From IMG/VR virus record IMGVR_UViG_3300009551_000007, positions 1 to 64,000 of that record: a DNA stretch of 64,000 bases; one strand, written 5' to 3'. The DNA is from a virus. This document shows, piece after piece, positions 1-9,291 of the stretch. A program made the translations under genes and the position numbers. Each line of letters opens with the position of its first letter. Within the stretch, counting starts at the first letter, position 1. The notes under the pieces are model-generated. The model saw nothing but the letters and a program-made list of their open reading frames with translations. It did not search any database and was not told the origin of the DNA.

Positions 1-39
1 GGGGGGGGGGTCTACCCATTTCTTAACAGGAGACCGAAC

Positions 40-384
40 GTGAGTGAGACCGAACCGAAAACCAACGACACGCCGGCCGGTATCCCCGTAGCCGAGCAGT
101 CACACGTCACTACGCCCGCGACCGAACCGCTACCGGAAACTCATCCTGAGCACGCCATCCCAATCCGTGCGTCGAAGGAGCGGGCGCGAGACGCCCAGCG
201 GTACGCGAACGAACTGAAGAACCCGAACAAGTCACAGGAGGCACGCGACCAGGTGGTTCAGTGGCTCAATACCTTCCTCCTCGAATGCGAGGCGAAGTTG
301 CCGACCGAGGCGAGCTACGACCGGGAAAAGCTGAGGAAGCGCGTCCGGAAGCCGAAAGCGAAGGGGAAGCCCAAAAAGGGCTAG
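40..384 (+). CDS. Hypothetical protein
   Basis: 114 aa ORF, AGGAG SD upstream of GTG, basic C-terminus. Confidence 0.7.
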   Translation: MSETEPKTNDTPAGIPVAEQSHVTTPATEPLPETHPEHAIPIRASKERARDAQRYANELKNPNKSQEARDQVVQWLNTFLLECEAKLPTEASYDREKLRKRVRKPKAKGKPKKG

Positions 385-410
385 ACGCCGCCCCGATAAC
401 CCTATATAAT
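382..410 (+). promoter_or_regulatory. Sigma70-like promoter (TAGACG-17 nt-TATAAT)
   Basis: -35-like 382-387 and perfect -10 at 405-410 with a 17-nt spacer, upstream of the + strand operon. Confidence 0.6.
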
Positions 411-445
411 GGTCTACGTCGCCCAACCATTACAGGGAGCAAGCC

Positions 446-730
446 ATGACTCTTGAAGTTCTGAGGAAGCTGGTCGAGAAGACGAAGAACCTGCCTGCGG
501 ACACGCCGGTTACGCTGTTAGCTCCGATCAGTTGGAGCGACGACTACGAACCCACCGTCATGGACCACTTTAACATGTCCTCTACTCCCCAAGTGACCGG
601 CATGGATGAGGACGAAGACTTGGTGACTTTCGAGGGGGAGGGGATAGACGCCGAAGACATTGTCGGCTTCACCATGGAAATCGAACTCTTCATCGACGTC
701 GACCAGTTCATAGAAACATTTTCCGAGTAG
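446..730 (+). CDS. Hypothetical acidic protein
   Basis: 94 aa ORF, GGGAG SD. Confidence 0.7.
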   Translation: MTLEVLRKLVEKTKNLPADTPVTLLAPISWSDDYEPTVMDHFNMSSTPQVTGMDEDEDLVTFEGEGIDAEDIVGFTMEIELFIDVDQFIETFSE

Positions 731-826
731 CGACCTCTCGTGATGCGCCTGGGCCCGCGCCGGGCGCGCCGCGAGTGGCCGTGAATCCCGTATGGTACGG
801 GTCAAAGCCGCTTCAAGGAGCCAAAC

Positions 827-3502
827 ATGAAACACGCAGACGTTCGGGTCGGAGCGCACTACCGAATCAAGGTCAGTGGTGTCCCCAGTGTCGTCGAGGT
901 CGAGCGGGTGCGGAAGAACGCCGCCGAGACGCTCAATTTGTACGACGTGAGGAACGTGCGGACCGGCGTCCGCTCGACGCTAATCAACGCCAATATTTTC
1001 ATCGAGGAAGTGCGGGTAATCAAGCCCGGCGATCTCGTCACCGTCCGCGACGACGCTCAAGTATTCAAGGTCGAATCGGTGTCGGGCGAAGTGATCAAGT
1101 TATTCAATGGCCCGACAGTGGTTCGTGCCTTCGTGAGGCCGGCGGTCGTGAAGGCGAACCCGCCCGCTGTCGTCGCCACGCCGGCGGTCGCACCGAAGAC
1201 GCCGCCGAAACCGGGAACGGTGAAAGTCGCCCTCTCCGCGCCGTCTCCTGAGGGAAAGACCGTAATGATGCCGGTGGTGCCCGTACCGGTTCCGGTCAAG
1301 CCGCCGACAGTGAAGGAGACGGTCGAAGCCGACATTAAGGAGCGGCTACTGAAGGCACTCGCGCCGGGGAAGCGGTCGACGAACGAACTGGCCGCCGACC
1401 TCGGAGTGGATTCACTCAAGATCATCGGCCCGCTCATGGAACTGGAACTGGCGGGCAAGGTGAAGCGTCTCGCGGCGAACTACTTCGAGTTACGCACTAC
1501 GCCGAAGATCAAGCTCACTCCGGAACAAGCTAAGGTGGTCGTGCCTGACCCCGAAGACCGCCCGCGTCACTGGACGGACGATCTCCATGCAGACCAGAAG
1601 GTGGAGAAGGTGAAGTGTGCCGACGAGACGGTGGAGGAATGCGTCGGGCGCATCGAGACGGCCAACAAGGTAAACTTCGACCCGCCGGTAATAACGAGCG
1701 GCCCGACGCCTGAGTTTATGATTAATCGTAACTACGTGTCACCGGGCGACGACGAACCCAGCCCGCTCGTCAAGGCGACGGCTAAAGCCCAAAGCTACAT
1801 GGACCGTCTCAAGGCCAAGCTCGGCACCAAGGCACTCGACAAGCCGGTCCCCCTCGTATCTCTCCCAGAGAACAAGGGCGGCGGCGTGCCGATGGTGCAC
1901 GTATCCGGTTTGGCCACAGGTGTGAGTAACCTGGTGGTGAAGGCACGTGCCGGAACCGGGAAGACGACGACGCTAGTTCAGGGCGTGAAGGGCATCGTCG
2001 GCGGGAACCCACGCGAATTGATTACCGATAACGGACCGGTGATTATCGAGCCAATGGATCAGCAAGCCCTCGTCTGGGAGGAAATGGCGGCAGGCGGTAA
2101 GCCTCGGTTCATGGCGTTCGTCGCCTTCAACAAGTCAATCGCGACCGAACTGAAGAAGCGCGTGCCGACCGAATGTGACGCCTCGACGATGCACGGCATG
2201 GGATTCAAGGCATGTCTCAAGCGATTCAATCTCATGAAGGGGAACGAGGTCCACGAGCACCGCGTCAGCGACATTATCGGCGAGATACTGGGCCGCGAGC
2301 CGAAAGACGTCCGCAAAGATAAGCCCGTCGTCATGTCGGCCACTCAGATGCTGACGAGTCTCGTGAAGTCCAACTTGATCGACCTGAAGGCGAACGCCGC
2401 CGACGCCCTCGACACCCTCGCCTCTCACTACGACGTCGAACTGCGCGACGACTCGCGGGACTACTCCGGCGAGATTTTCGACCTCGTTCCCAAGGTGATC
2501 GAACGGTGCCTCGACGTCCAGCGTGACGGCTGCATCGACTTCGACGACATGATGTGGTTGCCCGTCGCTCTTAACTTGCCCTTGTTCCGGTACGATCTCC
2601 TCATGGTTGACGAGGCTCAGGACTTGAATAAATGTCAGCAGGCGTTCGCCCGCCGCGCCGGGAAGCGACTGATACTGGTCGGTGACGACTGTCAAGCCAT
2701 CTACGGCTTTGCGGGTGCCGACTCCGAGAGCCTGCCGCGAATGACGGCTTTGCTCGGTGAGACTGCGGAGGGCGTGAAGGAACTACCACTGACGGTGACG
2801 CGCCGATGCGGTAAGAAGATCGTCGCCGAAGCCAATAAGATCGTTCCCGATTTTCAAGCGTGGAAGGACAACCCGGACGGTATTGTACGGAACGCGCGGT
2901 ACGCCCCGCCGGACGGCTACAGTGGTATGTCGGCGAAAGCTCAAGAGACGTACCACGGCAACGTCAATTACGGCGACATGGTGCTGTGTCGGCTCAACGC
3001 CCCACTCGTCAACCAGTGTTTCAAGTTCATTAAGGAGGGGCGGAAGGCGGTTATCCAGGGGAAGAACGTCGGTCAGGGTCTAATCTCCACCCTCACGAAG
3101 ATGAACGCCGTGGATCTCCCCGAACTCGTTAACAAGCTAGACAACTGGCGAAAGAACGAGCTACTGAAGGAGAACGCCCGGCGGAATCCGAGCGAGAGCC
3201 GGCTGGCCGGTATCCAGGACAAGTTCGATTGCCTAATGTGTTTCACGGAGAATGCCGACGGGATACCGGCCGTGATCCGTAAGATCGAGAGCGTGTTCAC
3301 CGATATCGCCGGGGAGGGTATCCGCCTTTCCAGTATTCATAAGGCAAAAGGACTAGAGGCGGAACGGGTCTTCTTCCTCCGCCCCAAAGGTGCCGAGTGC
3401 CCCAGCCCGTTCGCCAAGAGCGCATGGCAAGGCAAACAGGAAAAGAACCTCACCTACGTGGCTATGACCCGTGCCATAAAGGAGTTGATTTATGTCTCTT
3501 GA
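827..3502 (+). CDS. UvrD/Rep-like superfamily 1 helicase with long N-terminal extension containing a winged helix
   Basis: ARAGTGKTTT (Walker A), VDEAQD (Walker B), VGDDCQAIYGFAGA, SSIHKAKGLEAERV, YVAMTRA; AAGGAG SD. Confidence 0.92.
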   Translation: MKHADVRVGAHYRIKVSGVPSVVEVERVRKNAAETLNLYDVRNVRTGVRSTLINANIFIEEVRVIKPGDLVTVRDDAQVFKVESVSGEVIKLFNGPTVVRAFVRPAVVKANPPAVVATPAVAPKTPPKPGTVKVALSAPSPEGKTVMMPVVPVPVPVKPPTVKETVEADIKERLLKALAPGKRSTNELAADLGVDSLKIIGPLMELELAGKVKRLAANYFELRTTPKIKLTPEQAKVVVPDPEDRPRHWTDDLHADQKVEKVKCADETVEECVGRIETANKVNFDPPVITSGPTPEFMINRNYVSPGDDEPSPLVKATAKAQSYMDRLKAKLGTKALDKPVPLVSLPENKGGGVPMVHVSGLATGVSNLVVKARAGTGKTTTLVQGVKGIVGGNPRELITDNGPVIIEPMDQQALVWEEMAAGGKPRFMAFVAFNKSIATELKKRVPTECDASTMHGMGFKACLKRFNLMKGNEVHEHRVSDIIGEILGREPKDVRKDKPVVMSATQMLTSLVKSNLIDLKANAADALDTLASHYDVELRDDSRDYSGEIFDLVPKVIERCLDVQRDGCIDFDDMMWLPVALNLPLFRYDLLMVDEAQDLNKCQQAFARRAGKRLILVGDDCQAIYGFAGADSESLPRMTALLGETAEGVKELPLTVTRRCGKKIVAEANKIVPDFQAWKDNPDGIVRNARYAPPDGYSGMSAKAQETYHGNVNYGDMVLCRLNAPLVNQCFKFIKEGRKAVIQGKNVGQGLISTLTKMNAVDLPELVNKLDNWRKNELLKENARRNPSESRLAGIQDKFDCLMCFTENADGIPAVIRKIESVFTDIAGEGIRLSSIHKAKGLEAERVFFLRPKGAECPSPFAKSAWQGKQEKNLTYVAMTRAIKELIYVS

Positions 3503-3632
3503 AGACCTAAAGTCGGCAATTTACGAGTGGCGAGTTCATGGAGTTTAGTGAAGACGGTCAGGTGATGTCGTACTGAGTTCCTTCCGCCCCGGTTAGTCGC
3601 CGGGGCTTTTCCAGACCTACTAGGAGACCGAA

Positions 3633-4238
3633 ATGAGTGCGCCGAAGAAGCCTTGGAGTAAGAACAACTACCCCGCGAACCGCGACAAGAAGCAAAACGT
3701 CGCACCGCCCGGTTCGGCACCGACACATGAGGTGACCGCGATAGTTAAGTCCACCGGGAAGAAAGGTCAAGTGGGCGTGGGCTGGTTGTACGAGGGCGAG
3801 AATGGAACGTACTTATCCATCCAACTAAACCCCTGTGTGGTTCTGTCGGCTAACGACGACTTGGTGGTAAACGTCTTCCCAGTCAACTGGGCGGGATACA
3901 AGCCCGTCTCTGGTGCTCCGAGTAAAGCGAAGTACGAACAACTCGCGGCACGGACGCCGGACAACGAACCGCCCAAAACCGAGATCAGCGACGAGGCACT
4001 TCATGGTTTATTCAACCATCCCGACTACGAGTACATGACCGAGTCGTATAGTCCCAAAGGCGTAGCGAACTATAAACCCCTGTTACCGGACCCAGTTCAA
4101 CAGGGCTGGGAACTGAACCGAGACCATAAGGGCGGGCACACGGTACTGGATGACGGGTCGGAAGAGACGTACTGGAGGCGGCGTAAGACGGAACGGGAAC
4201 CCGCCTTGAAACCCGAACTCCCGGCGAACCCGTTTTGA
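3633..4238 (+). CDS. Hypothetical protein
   Basis: 201 aa ORF, AGGAG SD. Confidence 0.75.
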   Translation: MSAPKKPWSKNNYPANRDKKQNVAPPGSAPTHEVTAIVKSTGKKGQVGVGWLYEGENGTYLSIQLNPCVVLSANDDLVVNVFPVNWAGYKPVSGAPSKAKYEQLAARTPDNEPPKTEISDEALHGLFNHPDYEYMTESYSPKGVANYKPLLPDPVQQGWELNRDHKGGHTVLDDGSEETYWRRRKTEREPALKPELPANPF

Positions 4239-4257
4239 GCGTTTAGTGTCTCTTACC

Positions 4258-4335
4258 CGGCACTTTCCGGTTTAGACGGGTAACCGCCGTACCGAGCCGC
4301 GAAAGTGCCGTCCTCGTGCCTATACGTGCTAGAAA
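4258..4335 (+). repeat. Intergenic hairpin plus GCTAGAAA motif element (copy 1)
   Basis: CGGCACTTTC 4258-4267 pairs with GAAAGTGCCG 4301-4310, followed by GCCTATACGTGCTAGAAA 4318-4335. Confidence 0.6.
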
Positions 4336-5445
4336 GTGGGGTTAGAAATGTCCGACGAGCGAGCCGAAGCATGGACCGACCCTTTAACTGAGTGGTGGAA
4401 ATCTGTCGACGCCGAACCGTGTAACACGACGCTCCGACTGTCGTTCGCCGACTGGCTGGAGGAACACGCCGAAGGCGAGAACGGCGTCGAGTACCTAATG
4501 GGCGCGTGCCTTCAGCGCGTCATAGCCCAGCCGAATAACGATGATCTGAAACTCGCCTATGCCGAGTCACTGAAGCGCGGCGGGCGGGAGGCGGAAGCGA
4601 TCTGTATTGAAAGTAGCGTCGCGTTGTCTCGGATGCCCGTTCACGTCCAGGTGCCGAACCGCTGGTACAATGGTAACAACGGACCGAAGACCTACCTGGT
4701 GTCTTTGGAAAACATTAGTGCCGAACATTACGGCATTGAGGAGGTAGGTGAACTGGTAAAGGTGCGGTTAAAACTGAAGGAGCAAATCAACAAAGCCTTC
4801 GAGGGGGTCGGAGACTGGGGGCACTACGTAGTGAGTGCGGTCGGTAAGAAATACTACGAACTGGAACCGTTCATAGCCGGTAGCGGGGTAGGAGTCGCGA
4901 AGACGAGGGAACCGGTCTCGTTTCATCATACTGGGGGGGTAGTCCTGAGCACTCACCGGCATTTAATCGGCGACGCTTGGCCTACTGCTGTTCGTACCGC
5001 CCACAACGTGTCGCTATCGCCGAGGAGCGTACTACTGGGCTGGAAAGATGGGATGGTAAACGAGCTGACTATGACTTGGGGAGACTGGGTGAGGTGCTTC
5101 CGGCGCGTCCTCCGGTGCTTACCGATTCAAAGGGTGAATCTACTCCATCCCCCGCGCCTAGTCGATTCGGGCATTGATAGTAACGGGGAGCGGAACTGGA
5201 CGCTGGAAGGTCAGCGGGTAAGCATCCCGCCCTTAACGACGTTCCCGGTGGAGAGGACTGACCCCTACATAGCGGACGGGTTCGACTGGCCTCATTACTC
5301 GGTTACGGAGCGGAATAACACTAGTCACGTGGCGATGTGCAAGTCAGCTAAGACCGCCCTAGAGGTTATGCTGATGCACGGCTGGCCGACCGTCGAGTGG
5401 GGGACGGAATGGTGGGATAAGGACTGGTCTGCGGAGATTATTTGA
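4336..5445 (+). CDS. TIGR02996-domain protein (two tandem degenerate copies)
   Basis: AEPCNTTLRLSFADWLEEH and AQPNNDDLKLAYAESLKRGG resemble the P-DD--RL-YADWL-E-G repeat-companion signature. Confidence 0.75.
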   Translation: MGLEMSDERAEAWTDPLTEWWKSVDAEPCNTTLRLSFADWLEEHAEGENGVEYLMGACLQRVIAQPNNDDLKLAYAESLKRGGREAEAICIESSVALSRMPVHVQVPNRWYNGNNGPKTYLVSLENISAEHYGIEEVGELVKVRLKLKEQINKAFEGVGDWGHYVVSAVGKKYYELEPFIAGSGVGVAKTREPVSFHHTGGVVLSTHRHLIGDAWPTAVRTAHNVSLSPRSVLLGWKDGMVNELTMTWGDWVRCFRRVLRCLPIQRVNLLHPPRLVDSGIDSNGERNWTLEGQRVSIPPLTTFPVERTDPYIADGFDWPHYSVTERNNTSHVAMCKSAKTALEVMLMHGWPTVEWGTEWWDKDWSAEII

Positions 5446-5450
5446 ACCAC

Positions 5451-5510
5451 AGCCGGCGGGGACTGGGGAGGCCCAAGGAGCTAACAAAAGCCCCCCGTCG
5501 CCCGCCGGCT
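5451..5510. terminator. Inverted repeat between convergent transcription units
   Basis: AGCCGGCGGG 5451-5460 pairs with CCCGCCGGCT 5501-5510 where the + and - operons meet; no clear U-tract. Confidence 0.5.
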
Positions 5511-5519
5511 GCTTACGCC

Positions 5520-6275
5520 TCAATCCACTGGAAACTTCGCGGCGTACATTTCCATTGACGCGACCCGTCGCGCACGCCGGTCCGGTTCCGAACTGCTCCA
5601 GTGGAGAACGGCGTCGGTCGGGGCGAGGCGGAAGTCGGAGTCATACCAACTTTGCCAGTTACACATCTGAGGTAAGAAACACATCTCAATCTTGTTGTCG
5701 AGGGCCATGGCGTTCGTGCGGTCCTGTTCACTACAGTGGCCCATCGGGAACGCGCCGCGCGGCCGTTCGACCACCCAAGCGTACCGCTTCGGAATCACCA
5801 TTACCCCGGCGTTGAAGTACCATTCGGCCGGCCCGGTCGAGTACCCGTGTGCCCGGCGGAAACATTCGTACTCGATCTCGCGATGGTCCCGCTTCGCGCG
5901 GTGCTGACCGAGTTCGTCGACGGCACCGAACATTCGCGGCGGGACCATGCTAAACAGGTCCGGGCACGTCTTCCTCACTAGCACGTCGGCGTCGAGGTAC
6001 ACTATCCGCTCGTAATGGTCGAGCACTCGCGGGATTACGTACTTGCTCGACATGGGCCATCGCGGGTGACCGGGCCAGTCGCATATCACGAAGTCCGCAC
6101 CGACGCGGCGAGCGTAAGCCGACATATGTTTGGCCCCGGCTCGGAGGCACCGACACGCCTCGTCGCCCGCCGCCACCGTCACGACCGCGTTCGGGCGCGT
6201 CGGCGTGAGAGCGAGCTTCGGCGGGTCGGGGACGATGACGTGAGTCTCGTTCGTTACGCGCGGCGGCATGTTCAC
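5520..6275 (-). CDS. GT-A fold glycosyltransferase (GT8-like)
   Basis: IVYLDADVLV (DxD), YFNAGVMVI, SEQD, and late VLHW motif. Confidence 0.85.
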   Translation of the reverse strand: MNMPPRVTNETHVIVPDPPKLALTPTRPNAVVTVAAGDEACRCLRAGAKHMSAYARRVGADFVICDWPGHPRWPMSSKYVIPRVLDHYERIVYLDADVLVRKTCPDLFSMVPPRMFGAVDELGQHRAKRDHREIEYECFRRAHGYSTGPAEWYFNAGVMVIPKRYAWVVERPRGAFPMGHCSEQDRTNAMALDNKIEMCFLPQMCNWQSWYDSDFRLAPTDAVLHWSSSEPDRRARRVASMEMYAAKFPVD

Positions 6276-6277
6276 TC

Positions 6278-6604
6278 CTATCCGGGTTGAGACACTAACT
6301 CCATGGTGATATCATACGGGTACGTCTTAACGATTGACCCGTCGGTCGCGGTGACAGCCACCATCCACAAGCCGACCTCCGTGAAGTCGGTCGTGAGGGT
6401 GTCGTAGTAGAACAGCCCGCTCGCGGCGACGCCGGCCACGCAGTCGCGCGAGAACGTCTGACCCGACGGACTGAGGAAGGTCAGCGACACCGAACCGCCG
6501 GTGAGGTTCCATGCCGCGCCGTCCTTTTTGGCCGTTACCTCAAGGCGGTCGACGTTGCCGATGTTAAACCGCCCGAAGCTGAGATTGGGCTGGTCGCCAC
6601 ACAT
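6278..6604 (-). CDS. BppU N-terminal-like virion protein
   Basis: WNLTGGSVSLTFLSPSG...GLFYY...DF..VGLW pattern; position in tail module. Confidence 0.6.
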   Translation of the reverse strand: MCGDQPNLSFGRFNIGNVDRLEVTAKKDGAAWNLTGGSVSLTFLSPSGQTFSRDCVAGVAASGLFYYDTLTTDFTEVGLWMVAVTATDGSIVKTYPYDITMELVSQPG

Positions 6605-7428
6605 TAGTCGGTTACCTCCAAAGCTCGCAAGTGGGCGTAACTGATCGTCAGCGAGTGGACGAAGGTGAAGTCAATTACGAGCGGTCTGATCGGCGGCACG
6701 GGTATCGTCTGCCCGCTGGCCTCTAGAGTCGCGGGGAACACGAACAGAGACACCGACGTCGGCAGTGCGACGATCTCCTGGGAGAAACTAGCTACGCGGA
6801 CCGACGGGGCGGTGACACTGACGACCGAGACGCCGTAACTCCGGTCGTTCGCCGTGCCGGGGACCGAGACGCCGGTGCCGGTCGGTATGGCTCTTAAACT
6901 CAAGTCGTCCGTTACTGCGAACGCTGCAGGTGTTAGTACCGCCGTGCCCGACGCGACTAGCCCTCTGTCGAACTGGGCCGCCAGGACCGAGACGGAGAGC
7001 GACACGGGCGAGGCGTCAATCGTGAAGCTGACGTTCGCCAGTAGCACGGCGTCGGGCACGAACACCGTGACGCTCGTTACCTCCGCCGTCTCGCCCCAGT
7101 CCGCCGTCGGGCGCGTGACCCATGACGGCTGTGTGACTACCGCACTAAGCGAATCTGTCGAGGCGAACGACGCGGAGGCGGCGAACGGGACGGGCGACAC
7201 CGCGACCGACGAACCGAGTGCCGTGCCTTGGGCTGAAGAGGCGGCGGACGCCGTTGTCGTACCTAGTCCGTTGATAGTCTCGGAGATCGTGAAACTGACG
7301 GCGGCACTAGCTACGCCGGGCGCGGAAACGACGTCGGCTGAGAACGGCGTGTCGACGCCGCCCCCACCGCCGCCGAGTGGGGAGGCTTCCGCGAACGCCA
7401 GTTCACCGAAACACGAGTCACCGAACAT
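6604..7428 (-). CDS. Putative virion structural protein (Ala/Ser/Thr/Val-rich)
   Basis: 274 aa, N-terminal MFGDSCFGELAFAE, translationally coupled to the next gene. Confidence 0.65.
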   Translation of the reverse strand: MFGDSCFGELAFAEASPLGGGGGGVDTPFSADVVSAPGVASAAVSFTISETINGLGTTTASAASSAQGTALGSSVAVSPVPFAASASFASTDSLSAVVTQPSWVTRPTADWGETAEVTSVTVFVPDAVLLANVSFTIDASPVSLSVSVLAAQFDRGLVASGTAVLTPAAFAVTDDLSLRAIPTGTGVSVPGTANDRSYGVSVVSVTAPSVRVASFSQEIVALPTSVSLFVFPATLEASGQTIPVPPIRPLVIDFTFVHSLTISYAHLRALEVTD

Positions 7429-7431
7429 ACG

Positions 7432-7566
7432 TCACCTTGATTCCCCGAACGCGACGGCACCGAACGCGCCGACGGGCGGGTCACCCTCTCGCGGGAAGCC
7501 CCGCACGAAGTCGGCGAGGCCGGACGTCTCGACGAGGGGCCAAGCCGCAGGGTTACTTGTAAGCAA
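7432..7566 (-). CDS. Small hypothetical protein (44 aa, not in ORF track)
   Basis: TTG start, MLTSNPAAWPLVETSGLADFVRGFPREGDPPVGAFGAVAFGESR; fills the gap and shares FGxxAFxE with the next gene. Confidence 0.4.
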   Translation of the reverse strand: MLTSNPAAWPLVETSGLADFVRGFPREGDPPVGAFGAVAFGESR

Positions 7567-7942
7567 CAATGTTACCGATGAGAAAGGCTTCTATCCCGAC
7601 GATTTGGGCTACCTCCTGCTGGGTCCACGGGTCGTTGGTTGCCGCTTTCGCCACGAGGTTATTCAGGTTCTGGAGTGCCGTGAACACTAGTCCGGGCGGG
7701 TCAATATCTGCCGGCTGACCGTTCACTAGGAGTGCGCCCCCGCTCATAGTGAATTGCTGTGAGTTCGACTGCCAGAGGGTCAGTAGGGCTTGGTTGTTTG
7801 GCTGGTTCTCGTCGAGCCGGAGGAGGTTGGTGAGGACCGGTGGCGCCGGCAGGGGGAACGATTGTTCCTCTGCGGCGTTGGCTTTGCGGCGGACCGTTAA
7901 GCCGTTGTCGGTCGAGTAGAAGCACGCGGAGCGGAACGTCAT
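7553..7942 (-). CDS. Hypothetical protein (tail region)
   Basis: 129 aa ORF, GAGG SD. Confidence 0.7.
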   Translation of the reverse strand: MTFRSACFYSTDNGLTVRRKANAAEEQSFPLPAPPVLTNLLRLDENQPNNQALLTLWQSNSQQFTMSGGALLVNGQPADIDPPGLVFTALQNLNNLVAKAATNDPWTQQEVAQIVGIEAFLIGNIVAYK

Positions 7943-7967
7943 GATCGGACCTCGGTTGGGGGCGACT

Positions 7968-8354
7968 TTATTGGGTCAGCTGAACCAGACGCCTTATGAT
8001 CTGGTTGTTCTGTTGAGTCAGTGCTTTAACTTGGGCGAGCACCTGGGCGTTCGTCGGCGACGCGACCCCCAGGAACGTGTTGTTATTGGACACCGCAGTT
8101 GCGGCGCTATTGAGGAGGGCGGCGCGGTCGCCGTCCGCAGCCAGTACGACGTTCGCGCCGTTCTTCTTCAGTACGCCCGTCACCAGTGCGTAGGGCGTCG
8201 GGTTCGCTCGTATGTCGGCGACGACCGCCGCGTTCGTCGTCTCGTCGAAGTTGACCGAGTCGACGACGTCGGACGGGAGTGGGAAGAAGAACGCCTCCAG
8301 TGCGTTCACCCGGAACCCGATTGTGCCGTCGGCACGCTTGTACGCCGTCGCCAT
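7968..8354 (-). CDS. Hypothetical protein (tail region, C-terminal coiled coil)
   Basis: 128 aa, TAATG coupling with upstream gene; paralog-like to 7553-7942. Confidence 0.7.
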   Translation of the reverse strand: MATAYKRADGTIGFRVNALEAFFFPLPSDVVDSVNFDETTNAAVVADIRANPTPYALVTGVLKKNGANVVLAADGDRAALLNSAATAVSNNNTFLGVASPTNAQVLAQVKALTQQNNQIIRRLVQLTQ

Positions 8355-9247
8355 TATTGTCCCCTTTCGTCCCAGGAAACGAGTTTCACGGCACCCACTA
8401 TGTCGGTGAACGTCCCGTCACGCGGCCCTATGTACCAGCCCACCTGGTCGGGCGTTATGAAATCGGTCCGGCCCACCGAATAGAACTTGCCCGGCGACGA
8501 CGCTCCGCCGAGGATACTGAAGACGCGGTTCGTGCCGTCGTCTTCCATTCTCATCCCCACGAGTGCGCCCGGCGAGAACGCCCCGTTGGTCGTGAACCGG
8601 TAGCTCGCGTTCTGGGACGTCGCGTCGTCGAACTTGGCAATGGAAATGTAATGCAGCCCGGCACTCACTTGAACCATGCCTAGTACCAGCTTGCCGCTCG
8701 AACTGTTGCGCCAGCACACGCCGGCGAAGAACGTGTCGGTGACCGCCGACAGCTGGAGTAGGACGTCAATCTTATAGGGCTGACTGGGTATCGCCTTCAC
8801 CCGGTAGGACGGCGTGAACCCACTACCCGACGTCTTGGTAATGACGATTCCGCCCTTGACCGTGGCGACCGACGCGCCGTCCTGGTTCACCCATGACCAG
8901 GCGGTCGGGTCGGGCGGGACGATCTTATGAGTCCAGTCGAACTGCTCTGCACTCACGCCAATGAAGACGTCCTTAGTGCCGCTGGAGAAACTGACGAGTG
9001 CGCCGCCGTTGCTGGACCCCGTCACCTGGTTGCGGGCCAGTGTCGTGCCGCTGGCCGTGTATGTCCCGATGCCGGTCTCCCATTCGTTAGCCGTTCTGTG
9101 AGTGATTGAGTAGAACACGGTGTCGCCGTCCGCGACCGCCGCGCCGAACGTCTGGAACCCTGTCGGGGCGGTGTTAGCGAGGGTGATAGTGCCCGTCGAG
9201 GTCGACGTTGTCGTGTCCCGGACGCGGTCACGGTAGAGTGGTCCCAT
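8354..9247 (-). CDS. Tail fibre/receptor-binding-like protein
   Basis: N-terminal DRVRDTTTSTSTGTITL...WETGIGTY...FSSGTKDVF virion module followed by a beta-rich domain. Confidence 0.7.
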   Translation of the reverse strand: MGPLYRDRVRDTTTSTSTGTITLANTAPTGFQTFGAAVADGDTVFYSITHRTANEWETGIGTYTASGTTLARNQVTGSSNGGALVSFSSGTKDVFIGVSAEQFDWTHKIVPPDPTAWSWVNQDGASVATVKGGIVITKTSGSGFTPSYRVKAIPSQPYKIDVLLQLSAVTDTFFAGVCWRNSSSGKLVLGMVQVSAGLHYISIAKFDDATSQNASYRFTTNGAFSPGALVGMRMEDDGTNRVFSILGGASSPGKFYSVGRTDFITPDQVGWYIGPRDGTFTDIVGAVKLVSWDERGQ

Positions 9248-9291
9248 GTGTGCTCCTTATGCGGGCGAGGGCGGGCAATCGGCCCCGAACG

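Noticed and set aside
1-10. Run of 10 G at the window start
   Set aside because: At the sequence edge; cannot be distinguished from a sequencing or assembly artefact
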